Assembly: GCA_041664365.1 (NCBI GenBank)
Contig: JBAYKW010000001.1
Span: 7,168 to 71,167 of the forward strand
Length of the DNA: 64,000 nt
From: Patescibacteria group bacterium
GTDB lineage: Bacteria; Patescibacteriota; Patescibacteriia; UM-FILTER-42-10
Direction: 5' to 3'
The notes under the pieces are model-generated. The model was given only the letters and a program-made list of their open reading frames with translations, searched no databases and was not told where the DNA came from. Of the stretch, positions 19,395 to 33,797 are shown in pieces. Numbering within the stretch: position 1 is the first letter of the stretch; each line of letters starts with the position of its first letter. The position numbers were made by a program, and so were the translations under genes.

Positions 19395-20603
19395 ATGAGC
19401 AATTTTGAATATACATTTATTGATCTGGAAAACACCATCCACCGTGGATTAGCACGGGGTTGGACCAAGAAAAGAGTCTCAAAACAACTGTCCAATGAAG
19501 GCAATTCAGTTGTTACTTTAGTAAAGATAAAAAATAGAAATGCAATTTTTCAGAGTATGTTCCGGTATATTTCCAGGATTGACCGTATTCTTTTCATGCG
19601 CAGTCTGATGACTATGATGAAAGCGGGACTTAATTTACCGGACGCGCTGGCATCATCCCGGGAACAGAACTCCAATCCGAACATGAAAATAATTATTGCG
19701 GATCTTGAAAAGGCTGTTAATTCGGGAAAAACACTTTCATCCGCACTGGAAAAATACAAAAATGTTTTTTCCCCAGTTTCAATTGCCATGATCAGAATCG
19801 GCGAACACGGAGGAAAACTAGTTGATGTTCTGCAATTTCTGACTACTCAGCAAGAGAGTGATTATAAATTACTCAGGAAGATCAGAAATTCTTTGGTATA
19901 TCCGGCTCTTATTTTTGTAACAATGATTGCAATCGTGGCTGTGATGATGGTGGTGGTAATCCCGAGGATTGCAGCAATCTATGATGATGTTTCTGCGGAA
20001 CTGCCATTATTCACCCGCGCATTGATTGCGATCAGTAACTTTATCGTAAGCTACGGTTTGCTTCTGGCAGTCGGAATTGCGTTATTGATAATTTCTTTTC
20101 GGCTTGGTATTACGTATTCCGAGAAATTCAAAAAATCAATCCATCGTATGACACTTCGTTTGCCGATGGTTGGAATGGTTGTTAGAAAATTAAATTTAGC
20201 AATGATTTCCAGATCTCTACATATGTTAACCAAGTCCGGCGTTTCAATTGATCAAAGCCTGATATTAGCCAGTAATGCCGCAAGCAATGTTGTCTATCGT
20301 GATGCTGTCCGGTCAGGTGAAGTTTTTGTCAGACGCGGTGTTTCACTTTCCGATATCTTTAAAGGCGAGCCGGATCTGTTTTTACCGTTATTTCAGAAGA
20401 TGGTTTCAACCGGTGAAAAGACCGGTTATCTGGATGATATGCTTCAGCATTCGGCAAAATATTATGATGATGATATTCAGAATTGGAGCGATAATCTTTC
20501 AACGTTAATTGAACCGGTAATGCTCTTAATCACCGGCGTGCTGGTCGGCGGACTGGCCTTGGCAGTAATGTATCCGCTCTGGAACTTTGCAAACATATTA
20601 TGA
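19395..20603 (+). CDS. pilC: Type IV pilus platform protein (PilC/GspF)
   Basis: Two GspF repeats (GEHGGKL, GEKTGYL), YPALI, LIEPVM. Confidence 0.9.
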   Translation: MSNFEYTFIDLENTIHRGLARGWTKKRVSKQLSNEGNSVVTLVKIKNRNAIFQSMFRYISRIDRILFMRSLMTMMKAGLNLPDALASSREQNSNPNMKIIIADLEKAVNSGKTLSSALEKYKNVFSPVSIAMIRIGEHGGKLVDVLQFLTTQQESDYKLLRKIRNSLVYPALIFVTMIAIVAVMMVVVIPRIAAIYDDVSAELPLFTRALIAISNFIVSYGLLLAVGIALLIISFRLGITYSEKFKKSIHRMTLRLPMVGMVVRKLNLAMISRSLHMLTKSGVSIDQSLILASNAASNVVYRDAVRSGEVFVRRGVSLSDIFKGEPDLFLPLFQKMVSTGEKTGYLDDMLQHSAKYYDDDIQNWSDNLSTLIEPVMLLITGVLVGGLALAVMYPLWNFANIL

Positions 20604-21040
20604 ACAAACTAAAAAAACAACCCGGGTTTACTGTAATTGAAGTATTGATTGTTATTATCGCGATCAGCCTGATTGCCGGTGTGGCTGTAATTTCATTATC
20701 AAAGGGAAAAACAGGAGCGCAGGCTGTAACGGAAGCGGAAAAAGTCGCCCAGATTATCCGAGATGCTCAAGCGCGATCACAGTCGGCGGAAACAGGTCGC
20801 GCATGGGCGGTTCGATGTAACGGCAACTCAGTTGATTTAATGGCAATTAATCCGGAATCAATATCTGAAACATACAGCTTCCCGGAAAGATTTACGTGTT
20901 CTGCAAGCGATGACATTATTTTTGATAAACTAACCGGTATCCCGAGTCAGGATTTGGATTTATTCATCCGTCTTGATGGTGCTAATAGTTCGCGCATTGA
21001 AGTCAGAGTGCCAGGAACTGTTAAAATATCATCTTTATGA
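20600..21040 (+). CDS. Prepilin-type (FimT/GspH-like) protein
   Basis: GFTVIEVL class III signal. Confidence 0.85.
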   Translation: MNKLKKQPGFTVIEVLIVIIAISLIAGVAVISLSKGKTGAQAVTEAEKVAQIIRDAQARSQSAETGRAWAVRCNGNSVDLMAINPESISETYSFPERFTCSASDDIIFDKLTGIPSQDLDLFIRLDGANSSRIEVRVPGTVKISSL

Positions 21041-21528
21041 ACTGGAAAGACCAAAAAGGAAGTTTGTTGATTGAAGTGCTGCTGAGCATCAGCCTGGCAG
21101 CGGTTTTTTCTTTGGCGATCGGTAATCTAATCGGAGTTAATCACCAGTTAGTTATCGCATCAAAGCAGGAGGTGGAAGCAACAGCCTATGCAAAAGAATC
21201 AATGGAGCAAATATTTGCCATAAAACAGTCCGATTGGAATAAAATCAGCGGTTTTTCTGAGGGGTTTTATCATATTGAAGAGGTCGGTAGTGAATTTCAA
21301 ATAGTCGTGCCAAGCGATCCGACACACCCTGAACAGGAACTTGACGGCAAGTATTACCGGACAGTCCATATCGGCAATGCTTATCGGGACATTTCAGGTA
21401 ATTTGAGTGATATGGGAACCGAAGATGCTCAAGCGAGAAGACTTGATGTAAAAGTGTCCTGGCAGGAAAGAGATAGCACAAGAAATATTGAATTTACCAG
21501 TTATGTTACTAACTGGAGGGGGCAATAA
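21037..21528 (+). CDS. Minor pilin (PilV-like)
   Basis: GSLLIEVL class III signal. Confidence 0.85.
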   Translation: MNWKDQKGSLLIEVLLSISLAAVFSLAIGNLIGVNHQLVIASKQEVEATAYAKESMEQIFAIKQSDWNKISGFSEGFYHIEEVGSEFQIVVPSDPTHPEQELDGKYYRTVHIGNAYRDISGNLSDMGTEDAQARRLDVKVSWQERDSTRNIEFTSYVTNWRGQ

Positions 21529-22040
21529 TGAAGAATAAATTATTTAAATTAAATCAAAACGGTACAACATTAATGGAGTTGATGGTGTATTTAGGTATAT
21601 CCAGCGTGGTTACTCTGATGCTGACGATGTTTCTGGTGAACAGTACCGAGCAGCGAGTTATGACTAATGATCAGCAGATGGCTCAACATAATGCCAGACA
21701 GGTGATTGAAAAGATGACTTACTCTTTGCGCAACGCTTATAGTGTTGATGTTCAAGCAAGCGGGACAAAAGCGGTGATTTATTCCTATTACTATACAAAT
21801 CCGGGTATTCCAGACAATGTAATTACGGTATATGAGCTGAATGGCGGAAAAATGTATTATGGGCAGGATATTAACACGATTCCTGATCCTTCCGGTATGA
21901 AACTTTTGACCGATGAAGATGTGAATGTATCACTAGTTTCTTTTAAAAAAGTTTCTTCTTCACTTCGAATTAATCTGAATGTAGAAAAAGGAGAAGGGAA
22001 GTCGGATATTAATTCTACTGTGTCTTTCAGACAGCAATAA
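21528..22040 (+). CDS. Minor pilin (PilW-like)
   Basis: GTTLMELM class III signal. Confidence 0.85.
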   Translation: MKNKLFKLNQNGTTLMELMVYLGISSVVTLMLTMFLVNSTEQRVMTNDQQMAQHNARQVIEKMTYSLRNAYSVDVQASGTKAVIYSYYYTNPGIPDNVITVYELNGGKMYYGQDINTIPDPSGMKLLTDEDVNVSLVSFKKVSSSLRINLNVEKGEGKSDINSTVSFRQQ

Positions 22041-22041
22041 C

Positions 22042-23085
22042 ATGAAAAATAATGTTGTAAAGAATCAGCAAGGAAGCATAACCATTTTAATGGTCTTCTT
22101 TACAATGATAGTAATGTTTCTTTTTGTCTTTTCTAATAATGTTACCGCTACCAGGGAAAAAGTCATTACCCGTAATGCGATTGCGACAGAAAAAGCATTT
22201 TACTCGGCACAAACCTGCATTGAAGAAGGATATCTGCAATTACGCACAGATGAAAATTATGCCGGTACAACAATTAATATTAATGGAGTAGAATGCGAAG
22301 TAATTCCCCAGCATAATGCCGGTGTAGCTTCGGGCAAACTGGTTGGTACCGGAACATTTTCTGAAAGTGTCAGAACGGTTGCCAGTTATTATGCCGACGC
22401 TGGCGCATCAACTGTACGAAACGATACAACGATCTATCATATCATAGACCGCTCAGGCAGTATGGACGATGACGGCAACGGATGCACAGTCGCGGGTTTA
22501 TATAATCCGACAGACTGTACGAATAACGGCGGTGTGTGGGGTCCTCAGCCGATGATATTTGCCAGAGAAGCGGCAAAGTCTTTTATCAATGAAATGGATC
22601 CCGCTTACGACAAAATCGGCGTAGTGCATTATGACGATGTTGCCGGATGTGATTTTATCGCTTCTGCTGATTTATCAGCTGCTCGAGTTGCTGTAGATAC
22701 GGTTCCGGACCCGGACGGCGGTTATACTAATATCGGTGATGCGATTGCTCTGGCAACAAGTAATATTGTCACATATGCACCAGGTACAGATATAAAGGTG
22801 GAAATTATGCTGACAGACGGGGTTACTAACCGACCAAATAATGAGACATACGCCGAACAGTTTGCATTGGATCAGGCAAATATTGCCGACAGCAACGGTA
22901 TACTAATATTTGCCATTGGACTGGGTAGTAGTGTCAATGAAGATTTTTTAAGAAATGATATAGCTACAGACCCTACTATGTATTTCTACGCGCCTTCGCC
23001 GGAAGATTTAGAAGGTATTTATAACCAAATTGCCAACATCATTCTTTCCTACAACATCAGCCAAGACGGCTGGATAGAGGAATAG
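22042..23085 (+). CDS. PilX-like pilin with von Willebrand A domain
   Basis: QQGSITIL N-terminus; DRSGS MIDAS, TNIGDAI, MLTDG. Confidence 0.85.
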   Translation: MKNNVVKNQQGSITILMVFFTMIVMFLFVFSNNVTATREKVITRNAIATEKAFYSAQTCIEEGYLQLRTDENYAGTTININGVECEVIPQHNAGVASGKLVGTGTFSESVRTVASYYADAGASTVRNDTTIYHIIDRSGSMDDDGNGCTVAGLYNPTDCTNNGGVWGPQPMIFAREAAKSFINEMDPAYDKIGVVHYDDVAGCDFIASADLSAARVAVDTVPDPDGGYTNIGDAIALATSNIVTYAPGTDIKVEIMLTDGVTNRPNNETYAEQFALDQANIADSNGILIFAIGLGSSVNEDFLRNDIATDPTMYFYAPSPEDLEGIYNQIANIILSYNISQDGWIEE

Positions 23086-23104
23086 TTTAATATTTTTTGA
23101 GTGT

Positions 23105-23132
23105 GCAGGCGCGACATCGATGTCGCGCCTGC
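23105..23132. repeat. Perfect GC-rich palindrome (terminator or REP-like)
   Basis: GCAGGCGCGACATCGATGTCGCGCCTGC after the pil operon. Confidence 0.65.
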
Positions 23133-23148
23133 TTTGATTAGGTATTGA

Positions 23149-23177
23149 CCCCATTAGAAACATTGTTTCTAATGGGG
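23149..23177. repeat. 29-bp palindromic micro-element CCCCATTAGAAACATTGTTTCTAATGGGG flanked by TTGA
   Basis: Same family as 6762-6788; the right TTGA is the -35 of a TTGACA-17-TACCAT promoter. Confidence 0.85.
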
Positions 23178-23293
23178 TTGACAATCCTTCTCTGATATGA
23201 TACCATCCTCGGTCACGCGTGGATCAGGTTTTCACTGAAATGCCCTTGCGCGTGAGGGTGTTTCGCACACGGAAGTGTAAAGGTGGGAGAAGT

Positions 23294-23743
23294 ATGAAGA
23301 CGGCCATAATCATCGTCCTTGGTCTCGCTATCCTCGCAACCGTGATCGGCGTCAGCGTCTACAGGACGAACCAGGTGTTCGCTCTGCGGGCGATGACCAG
23401 CATCCCCGTGCTGGCGCTGACCGACCTCGCCGAAGGAGTGGATTACCGGCTGGAATCGTTCCAGCCTTTCATCCTGCGCAAGGACACGCACTTGAACGAA
23501 GCGTACATGGTAATCGTCAGATCCGACAAACTGCCGGTTTCGAGTTACAATCACTTGGCCGCCCTCGTGGTAGCCAAGCAGCTGGTGGAGATCTGCCCCG
23601 CAGACTCAACCCAGTCGGCTTCGGCGACGGTGACCACCGTGATCAGCGAAGGCGAAGGAGGCATGACTCGTATTCTGCACCTCCGCCCCCAGTACCTCTG
23701 CACGGAGCCCGAACCCAGGTCCATCCCCGCCGGCATTTATTAG
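23294..23743 (+). CDS. GC-rich N-terminally anchored hypothetical protein (probable start 23294, MKTAIIIVLG)
   Basis: AAAGGTGGGAG SD, signal/TM helix, terminator about 23770-23812. Confidence 0.7.
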   Translation: MKTAIIIVLGLAILATVIGVSVYRTNQVFALRAMTSIPVLALTDLAEGVDYRLESFQPFILRKDTHLNEAYMVIVRSDKLPVSSYNHLAALVVAKQLVEICPADSTQSASATVTTVISEGEGGMTRILHLRPQYLCTEPEPRSIPAGIY

Positions 23744-23931
23744 CAGCTCTTTCCTTTGCCTCGTTCCCCGAAAGGTTCCCATTCATATCTTGGATGTTCG
23801 GAGCCTTTTTTCTTTGGAAAAATGTGGTTTTTTGCCTCTAAATAATGTTTGCTGAAACTGGTAAAATCTGTTACAATCTAAGTGGAAATCTCTTCAAAAA
23901 ACTACGATGAGATAAGATTCTTTAGTGTCAT

Positions 23932-24336
23932 ATGCCTCTAAGAAGATACCTGTTAATTATGGGATTCGGGACCCTCATTTCGTGGGGGGCTTTTGTATTG
24001 GTTATTCTGAATATTGACCCGTTCAGCTCCGGATTTGTCGGCCTTTTTTCCTTTTATATCATGCTTTTTTTGGCGTTAATGGGTACATTTGCCTTATTTG
24101 GTTTCATTGTACGGGCCGTATTTGTTAAAAGATCAGTATTATTCAGGCATATCGGGGTTTCATTGCGACAGTCAGTATTATTCTCTTCCCTGATTATGGT
24201 TTCCTTAATGCTCCAAGCCAACAATCTTTTTACCTGGTGGAACGCGATCTTGCTGATTTTGGGGTTAGGGCTGCTGGAATTCTTCTTTTTAGGCAGGGAA
24301 AATCCATTAACTCAACATGAACAGCATCAAGAATAA
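23932..24336 (+). CDS. 4-TM membrane protein
   Basis: Hydrophobic 134-aa ORF directly upstream of pheS. Confidence 0.8.
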   Translation: MPLRRYLLIMGFGTLISWGAFVLVILNIDPFSSGFVGLFSFYIMLFLALMGTFALFGFIVRAVFVKRSVLFRHIGVSLRQSVLFSSLIMVSLMLQANNLFTWWNAILLILGLGLLEFFFLGRENPLTQHEQHQE

Positions 24337-24342
24337 TATTTT

Positions 24343-25383
24343 ATGAAAAAAACACTGGAACAACTGAAACAAAAAGCGCTGGAAGAAATCCAGAAAATTA
24401 ACGACTCCGAAGGATTAAAAAATCTGGAGATCGAATATTTGGGCAGAAAAGGAAAAATTACTAAGGTACTGAGGGAAATAAAAGATATTTCGGACGAAAT
24501 GAAACCGGTAATCGGCAAACTGGCCAATGAAATCAAAAATGAATTAGCTGACGCGCTGAAAACAGCGGAAACAAAATTTTCCGTAAATTCGGAAAAAGAT
24601 ACGGATTTTTTCGATCCCACTTTGCCTGGCGTCAGGATGCAGGAAGGACATCTTCATCCGATCACCCAGATGCTGGAAAAAATATGGGACGTTTTCCGTT
24701 CCATGAATTTTGATATTGTCGAAGGGCCGGAAATAGAAAATGATTATTACAATTTCCAGGCTTTGAATGTACCGGCGGACCATCCGGCACGTGATATGCA
24801 GGATACTTTTTATATAAAGCATGAAAAAAAAGCGCCTCTCGATAAATATGGCGAATTGCTGTTAAGAACCCATACTTCTTCCGCATCGCAGGTCAGAACG
24901 ATGGAAAAAAACAAACCACCACTACGTGTGATTGTCACCGGCAAATGCTATCGCCGTGATGAAGATATTTCCCACACACCGATGTTCCACCAATTCGACG
25001 GTGTTGCAGTCGATACCGATATTACTTTTTCCGATCTGAAAGGAACGCTCCATTATGCCATGAGGGAGATTTTGGAAAAAGATATTAAGGTCCGTTTCAG
25101 AATTTCTTATTTTCCGTTTGTTGAACCGGGGGCGGAATTTGATATCTCCTGCACCATCTGTGACGGCAAAGGATGTCCGACCTGTAAAAATACCGGCTGG
25201 CTCGAGATGGGCGGTTGCGGGATGATCCATCCGAATGTTTTGAAAGCAGCTAATTACGATCCGAAAAAGTACCAGGGGTTTGCATTCGGCTTTGGCATTG
25301 AAAGACCTTTGATGATTAAACACAAAATTGCTGACATCCGCGCTTTGTTTGAAAATGATATCAGATTTTTAAAACAATTTTGA
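24343..25383 (+). CDS. pheS: Phenylalanyl-tRNA synthetase alpha subunit
   Basis: HPARDMQDTFY, LLRTHTS, YFPFVEP, GFAFGFGIER. Confidence 0.98.
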   Translation: MKKTLEQLKQKALEEIQKINDSEGLKNLEIEYLGRKGKITKVLREIKDISDEMKPVIGKLANEIKNELADALKTAETKFSVNSEKDTDFFDPTLPGVRMQEGHLHPITQMLEKIWDVFRSMNFDIVEGPEIENDYYNFQALNVPADHPARDMQDTFYIKHEKKAPLDKYGELLLRTHTSSASQVRTMEKNKPPLRVIVTGKCYRRDEDISHTPMFHQFDGVAVDTDITFSDLKGTLHYAMREILEKDIKVRFRISYFPFVEPGAEFDISCTICDGKGCPTCKNTGWLEMGGCGMIHPNVLKAANYDPKKYQGFAFGFGIERPLMIKHKIADIRALFENDIRFLKQF

Positions 25384-25465
25384 TATTGGTAGGTAGTAAG
25401 TAGTATGTGGTGGGTCGAGAGTCGGTGGGGGGTAGGTAGCTATTAAAACTATTATAATATAGATT

Positions 25466-25825
25466 ATGGCGAAAAATTATGAAAACTTAGATGTCTGGAA
25501 AAGTAGTATTGTACTTAACAAGGATATTTATTTGATAACTCAAGATTTTCCTAAGGAAGAATTGTATGGTCTAACTTCTCAGATTAGAAGAGCGTCAGTT
25601 TCGGTTGCTTCTAATATTGCGGAAGGTGCGGGTAGAGCTTCTAAGCCGGATTTTAGCAGATTTATTAATATTTCTTTAGGTTCGCTCAATGAGGTCGAGA
25701 GCCTGTTATTTATTGCGCGTGAATTGAAGTATTTGAATTCAAATAAATTTAATGAGCTTAAAGGTTCTATAGAAAAACTAGGTGCAGGACTGGGAGCTTT
25801 CAAAAAGTATTTATCTAAAGAATGA
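25466..25825 (+). CDS. Four-helix-bundle protein (23S rRNA IVS / Avd-like family)
   Basis: LDVWK...FPKEELYGLTSQIRRASVSVASNIAEG...GSLNE signature. Confidence 0.92.
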   Translation: MAKNYENLDVWKSSIVLNKDIYLITQDFPKEELYGLTSQIRRASVSVASNIAEGAGRASKPDFSRFINISLGSLNEVESLLFIARELKYLNSNKFNELKGSIEKLGAGLGAFKKYLSKE

Positions 25826-25908
25826 AATAACCTTCAATTGTTAAAATCCTACCTACAAAACTTATCCAATAACCACCAACAACGTTCAACATTCTACCTA
25901 CTAATAAT

Positions 25909-30398
<4,490 letters not shown>

Positions 30399-30506
30399 CG
30401 CAATTTCACAAATTTTAAGCGAAGCACTTGCAAATTATTTCGATTTCGGGTATGATTTAAATACAGAAAAATCAGAGCCCGACAAGGGCTTTTTAAAGAC
30501 CAAAAA

Positions 30507-30701
30507 ATGCCTATAACCAACAACAAAATATTTCGATATTTCAAAGAATCGAAAGACGAACTTAGGAAAGTAACCTGGCCCAGCCGCAAGGAGGCGATTA
30601 AGCACACTTTGATCGTAATTGGTGTCAGTGTGTCAGTAGCCTTGTTTTTAGGACTGGCCGATTTTCTTATGAATATGGGTCTTGAGCAATTAATAAAATA
30701 A
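30507..30701 (+). CDS. secE: Preprotein translocase SecE
   Basis: ELRKVTWPSR motif, one TM helix, upstream of nusG. Confidence 0.95.
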   Translation: MPITNNKIFRYFKESKDELRKVTWPSRKEAIKHTLIVIGVSVSVALFLGLADFLMNMGLEQLIK

Positions 30702-30704
30702 GCA

Positions 30705-31250
30705 ATGCCAAAACAAACCGCTAAACATGGAAAACGTTGGTATGTATTACATACTTATTCGGGATATGAAGAAAATGTTTCCCGAAATCTTCGACAGAGA
30801 ATTGAATCAATGGATATGGAGGATAAGATTTTCAACGTTTTGATTCCTACCGAAAAGAAGATCAAGATAAAAAATGGTAAACGTAAAATTGTAACGGAAA
30901 AAATATTCCCCGGTTATGTGCTGGTGGAAATGATCGTTACTGATGAATCATGGTACGTGGTGAGAAATACACCGAATGTTACCGGATTTGTGGGTACCGG
31001 CACTACGCCAACACCTATATCTGAAGATGAAGTGAAGAATCTACAGAAAAGAATGGGAATTGAAGAGCCGAAATATAAGATTGACGTGTCAGTCGGCGAT
31101 CCGGTACGGATTGTGGACGGACCTTTTAAAGAAATGGAAGGAAAAGTTTCTGAAGTTGATGATGCCCGTGGAAAAGTTAAAGTACTGGTATCGATGTTCG
31201 GCCGGGAAACGCCTACCGAACTGGATTCACTTCAGATTAAGAAACTGTAA
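30705..31250 (+). CDS. nusG: Transcription termination/antitermination factor NusG
   Basis: WYVLHTYSGYE, FPGYVLV, KOW domain DGPF, FGRETP. Confidence 0.98.
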   Translation: MPKQTAKHGKRWYVLHTYSGYEENVSRNLRQRIESMDMEDKIFNVLIPTEKKIKIKNGKRKIVTEKIFPGYVLVEMIVTDESWYVVRNTPNVTGFVGTGTTPTPISEDEVKNLQKRMGIEEPKYKIDVSVGDPVRIVDGPFKEMEGKVSEVDDARGKVKVLVSMFGRETPTELDSLQIKKL

Positions 31251-31261
31251 AGAATATTAAC

Positions 31262-31594
31262 GTGAAGGATGTAGAATACAACAAACTGGTACGTGACCGT
31301 ATCCCAGAAGTGATCGAAGCTTCCGGTGACGAGTGTCAGTATGAACAAATGGAAGAAGATGAATATCGGACAATGCTCAGAGAAAAGTTTGTTGAAGAGG
31401 CAAAGGAACTAATAGCTGCTGACGGTAAAGATGAGATTATCAACGAACTCGCTGATTTACTGGAACTGGTTGAAGCGGTTCAAGATCTGGAACAGATATC
31501 TCCCGATGATGTCGCAGATAAGAAAAATATGAAAAAGGAAGAGCGGGGAGGATTTGAAAACAGGATAAAATTAATCAGTATTAAAGAGTCTTAA
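31262..31594 (+). CDS. MazG-like NTP pyrophosphohydrolase (COG4997-type)
   Basis: YNKLVRDRIP...EE..E...ELADLLE...KKEERGGF. Confidence 0.85.
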   Translation: MKDVEYNKLVRDRIPEVIEASGDECQYEQMEEDEYRTMLREKFVEEAKELIAADGKDEIINELADLLELVEAVQDLEQISPDDVADKKNMKKEERGGFENRIKLISIKES

Positions 31595-31699
31595 AAAGCT
31601 TTAAGGTTGAACTCCGTGGTCAGTACATTGCTTCTAGATGTATTTAACTCCGGAAACTTAAATCTTCAATCGAAAATCTCATAACTTAAATCTATCAAA

Positions 31700-32125
31700 A
31701 TGGCAAAGAAAATAAAGACAGTCATCAAACTACAAATTCAGGCGGGAAAAGCAAATCCAGCGCCTCCGGTCGGGCCGGCATTAGGCCAGCACGGCTTAAA
31801 TATCCAGGAATTCTGTACTAAATTCAATAACGAAACAAAGGATCTCGGCGGAGATATTATTCCGGTTGAAATCACTGTATTTGAAGACAGGACTTATTCC
31901 TTTATCCTTAAGACACCACCGGCAGCAGAACTACTCAAAAAAGCGGCTGGTATTCAAAAGGGCTCCAGTAATTCATTGATCACCAAAGTGGGCAAAGTAA
32001 CCAAAGCGCAAATCAAGGAAATAGCCGAAAAGAAAATGCCGGATCTGAATGCCAATGACATCGAAGGTGCGATGAAAATTATTGAAGGTACTGCCCGTCA
32101 AATGGGGCTTACAGTCGAAAAATAA
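31700..32125 (+). CDS. rplK: 50S ribosomal protein L11
   Basis: [17 protein letters not shown]. Confidence 0.98.
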   Translation: MAKKIKTVIKLQIQAGKANPAPPVGPALGQHGLNIQEFCTKFNNETKDLGGDIIPVEITVFEDRTYSFILKTPPAAELLKKAAGIQKGSSNSLITKVGKVTKAQIKEIAEKKMPDLNANDIEGAMKIIEGTARQMGLTVEK

Positions 32126-32144
32126 TTATTAATCGACAAATTCA

Positions 32145-33029
32145 ATGGATGAACAACAACCAAGTAAGCAAAAAAAAGGGAATCTAATCAGACACATATA
32201 TTTTTATATTGCGTCATTTATTACTCTGGCACTGGTTGTCGGTTCTTTGATTGCATTAATCAACCTGGGTTTGAAAACATGGGTATTTTCTGATGCCAAT
32301 AATGATCCGTATCGTGTCGGACCACCACCCGTACTCTATTTCAATTCGGATGTAGATCCGAAAGCGATTGAGGATGCTGATGGCATAGACTGCGCAGAGG
32401 AATGCCAGATTACAGATGATAATAAGACCATCATTAGTTCCTGGGAAGATAGCTATGCGATCTGGAAGGAAACAGCCGAGAATCCTAATTATCAGAATTC
32501 ACGTTCCGCAGTTGCCGCGCTGTCATTCCTGATTATCGCGCTACCGATATTTATTATCCATTTCCGATCCGTGCAGAAAGATGCCAAGAAAGAGGGCAAT
32601 TCAACTGTTATGCGCCCAATTTATTTCTACTTAGTGTCTTTGGGAGCACTGTTAATGTTTGTGATTGCTGGTGGTATAATGATCAACCTAGTTTTGAAAA
32701 CCTGGATTTTCCCGGCCGCATCAGAAGCTGACAGATTGAACCAGAAAGTATACAGTCAGGAGAATTCCATGGTTATGGAAAAAGGCACTGTACAAAGCAT
32801 TATTGACTGCGCGGAAAAGTGCCAGCTTGAAGAAGCGACTGTTACGAACGCTAAAGGATGGCTGGTTGATTACGAAACTTGGCAGAATTTATCCCAAACT
32901 TCATTTGATAATACTCAAACTGAAGCCGCACGCAATCTACCGTTTATCCTTTTAGGTATCCCGTTGTTCTGGTACCATTGGCGGACTGTGCGCAGGGAAC
33001 AGGAATCTCATAAAAAATTAGAAGAATAA
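32145..33029 (+). CDS. DUF5671-like membrane protein with internal duplication
   Basis: Two repeats of IYFY...INL.LKTW.F...DCAExC...LP..H. Confidence 0.7.
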   Translation: MDEQQPSKQKKGNLIRHIYFYIASFITLALVVGSLIALINLGLKTWVFSDANNDPYRVGPPPVLYFNSDVDPKAIEDADGIDCAEECQITDDNKTIISSWEDSYAIWKETAENPNYQNSRSAVAALSFLIIALPIFIIHFRSVQKDAKKEGNSTVMRPIYFYLVSLGALLMFVIAGGIMINLVLKTWIFPAASEADRLNQKVYSQENSMVMEKGTVQSIIDCAEKCQLEEATVTNAKGWLVDYETWQNLSQTSFDNTQTEAARNLPFILLGIPLFWYHWRTVRREQESHKKLEE

Positions 33030-33040
33030 ATAATAATTAA

Positions 33041-33081
33041 CTTGTGGGACCTCGGCAAAACCGGGGGTTTGCACCACGAAG
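33041..33081 (+). promoter_or_regulatory. Probable L1 autoregulatory leader
   Basis: GTGGGA-hairpin-ACCAC directly before rplA, resembling known L1-binding mRNA sites. Confidence 0.5.
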
Positions 33082-33090
33082 GGAAATACA

Positions 33091-33774
33091 ATGACCAAAA
33101 AAAGTAAGCGTTATATCGAAGCAAGCAAGAAAATCGACAAAACTAAGGTCTATCCGATAGCGGAAGCGATTAATATTATCAGAGAAACATCTACCACCAA
33201 GTTTGATTCTTCGGTGGAGGTGCACATCAGTCTGGGAATCGATACCAAGAAAGCGGATCAAATGATCAGAGGAACCTTTTTGATCCCTCATGGTTTGGGT
33301 AAAAAACTACGGATTGCAGCTTTTGTATCTCCGGAAAAAGAAAAAGAAGCGAAAGAGGCAGGTGCGGATATTATCGGCGATGAATCAGTGATTAAAGAGA
33401 TAAAATCCACCAAAAAATGCGATTTTGACATTGCTATTGCTGAACCGCAGATTATGAAAAATTTGGGCAGTATTGCCAAAATTCTGGGTCAGAAAGGCTT
33501 AATGCCAAACCCTAAAACCGATACCATTACCAAAGATGTGAAGAAAACTATTTCCGAATTAGTATCCGGCAAAGCTATGTACCGTTCCGATGATTCCGGT
33601 AATGTACACCAGATGATCGGCAAGGTATCTTTTGATGATCAGAAACTGAAAGAGAATTTTGAAGTACTGATGGATGCGATTAAAAAAGCCAGACCGGAGT
33701 CACTGAAAGGTTCATACATTAAGCAGGTCCATATGGCGAGTTCCATGGGACCAAGCGTAAAAGTAGCTTTTTAA
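33091..33774 (+). CDS. rplA: 50S ribosomal protein L1
   Basis: KFDSSVE, LGQKGLMPNPK, SSMGPS. Confidence 0.98.
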   Translation: MTKKSKRYIEASKKIDKTKVYPIAEAINIIRETSTTKFDSSVEVHISLGIDTKKADQMIRGTFLIPHGLGKKLRIAAFVSPEKEKEAKEAGADIIGDESVIKEIKSTKKCDFDIAIAEPQIMKNLGSIAKILGQKGLMPNPKTDTITKDVKKTISELVSGKAMYRSDDSGNVHQMIGKVSFDDQKLKENFEVLMDAIKKARPESLKGSYIKQVHMASSMGPSVKVAF

Positions 33775-33797
33775 CCATAAACTTTAGGGAGAGGAAT

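Noticed and set aside
30399-30506. tRNA-Trp often found before secE
   Set aside because: No cloverleaf or TTCGAAT arm is visible; the region holds only a promoter (TTGCAA-17-TATGAT) and a small hairpin.
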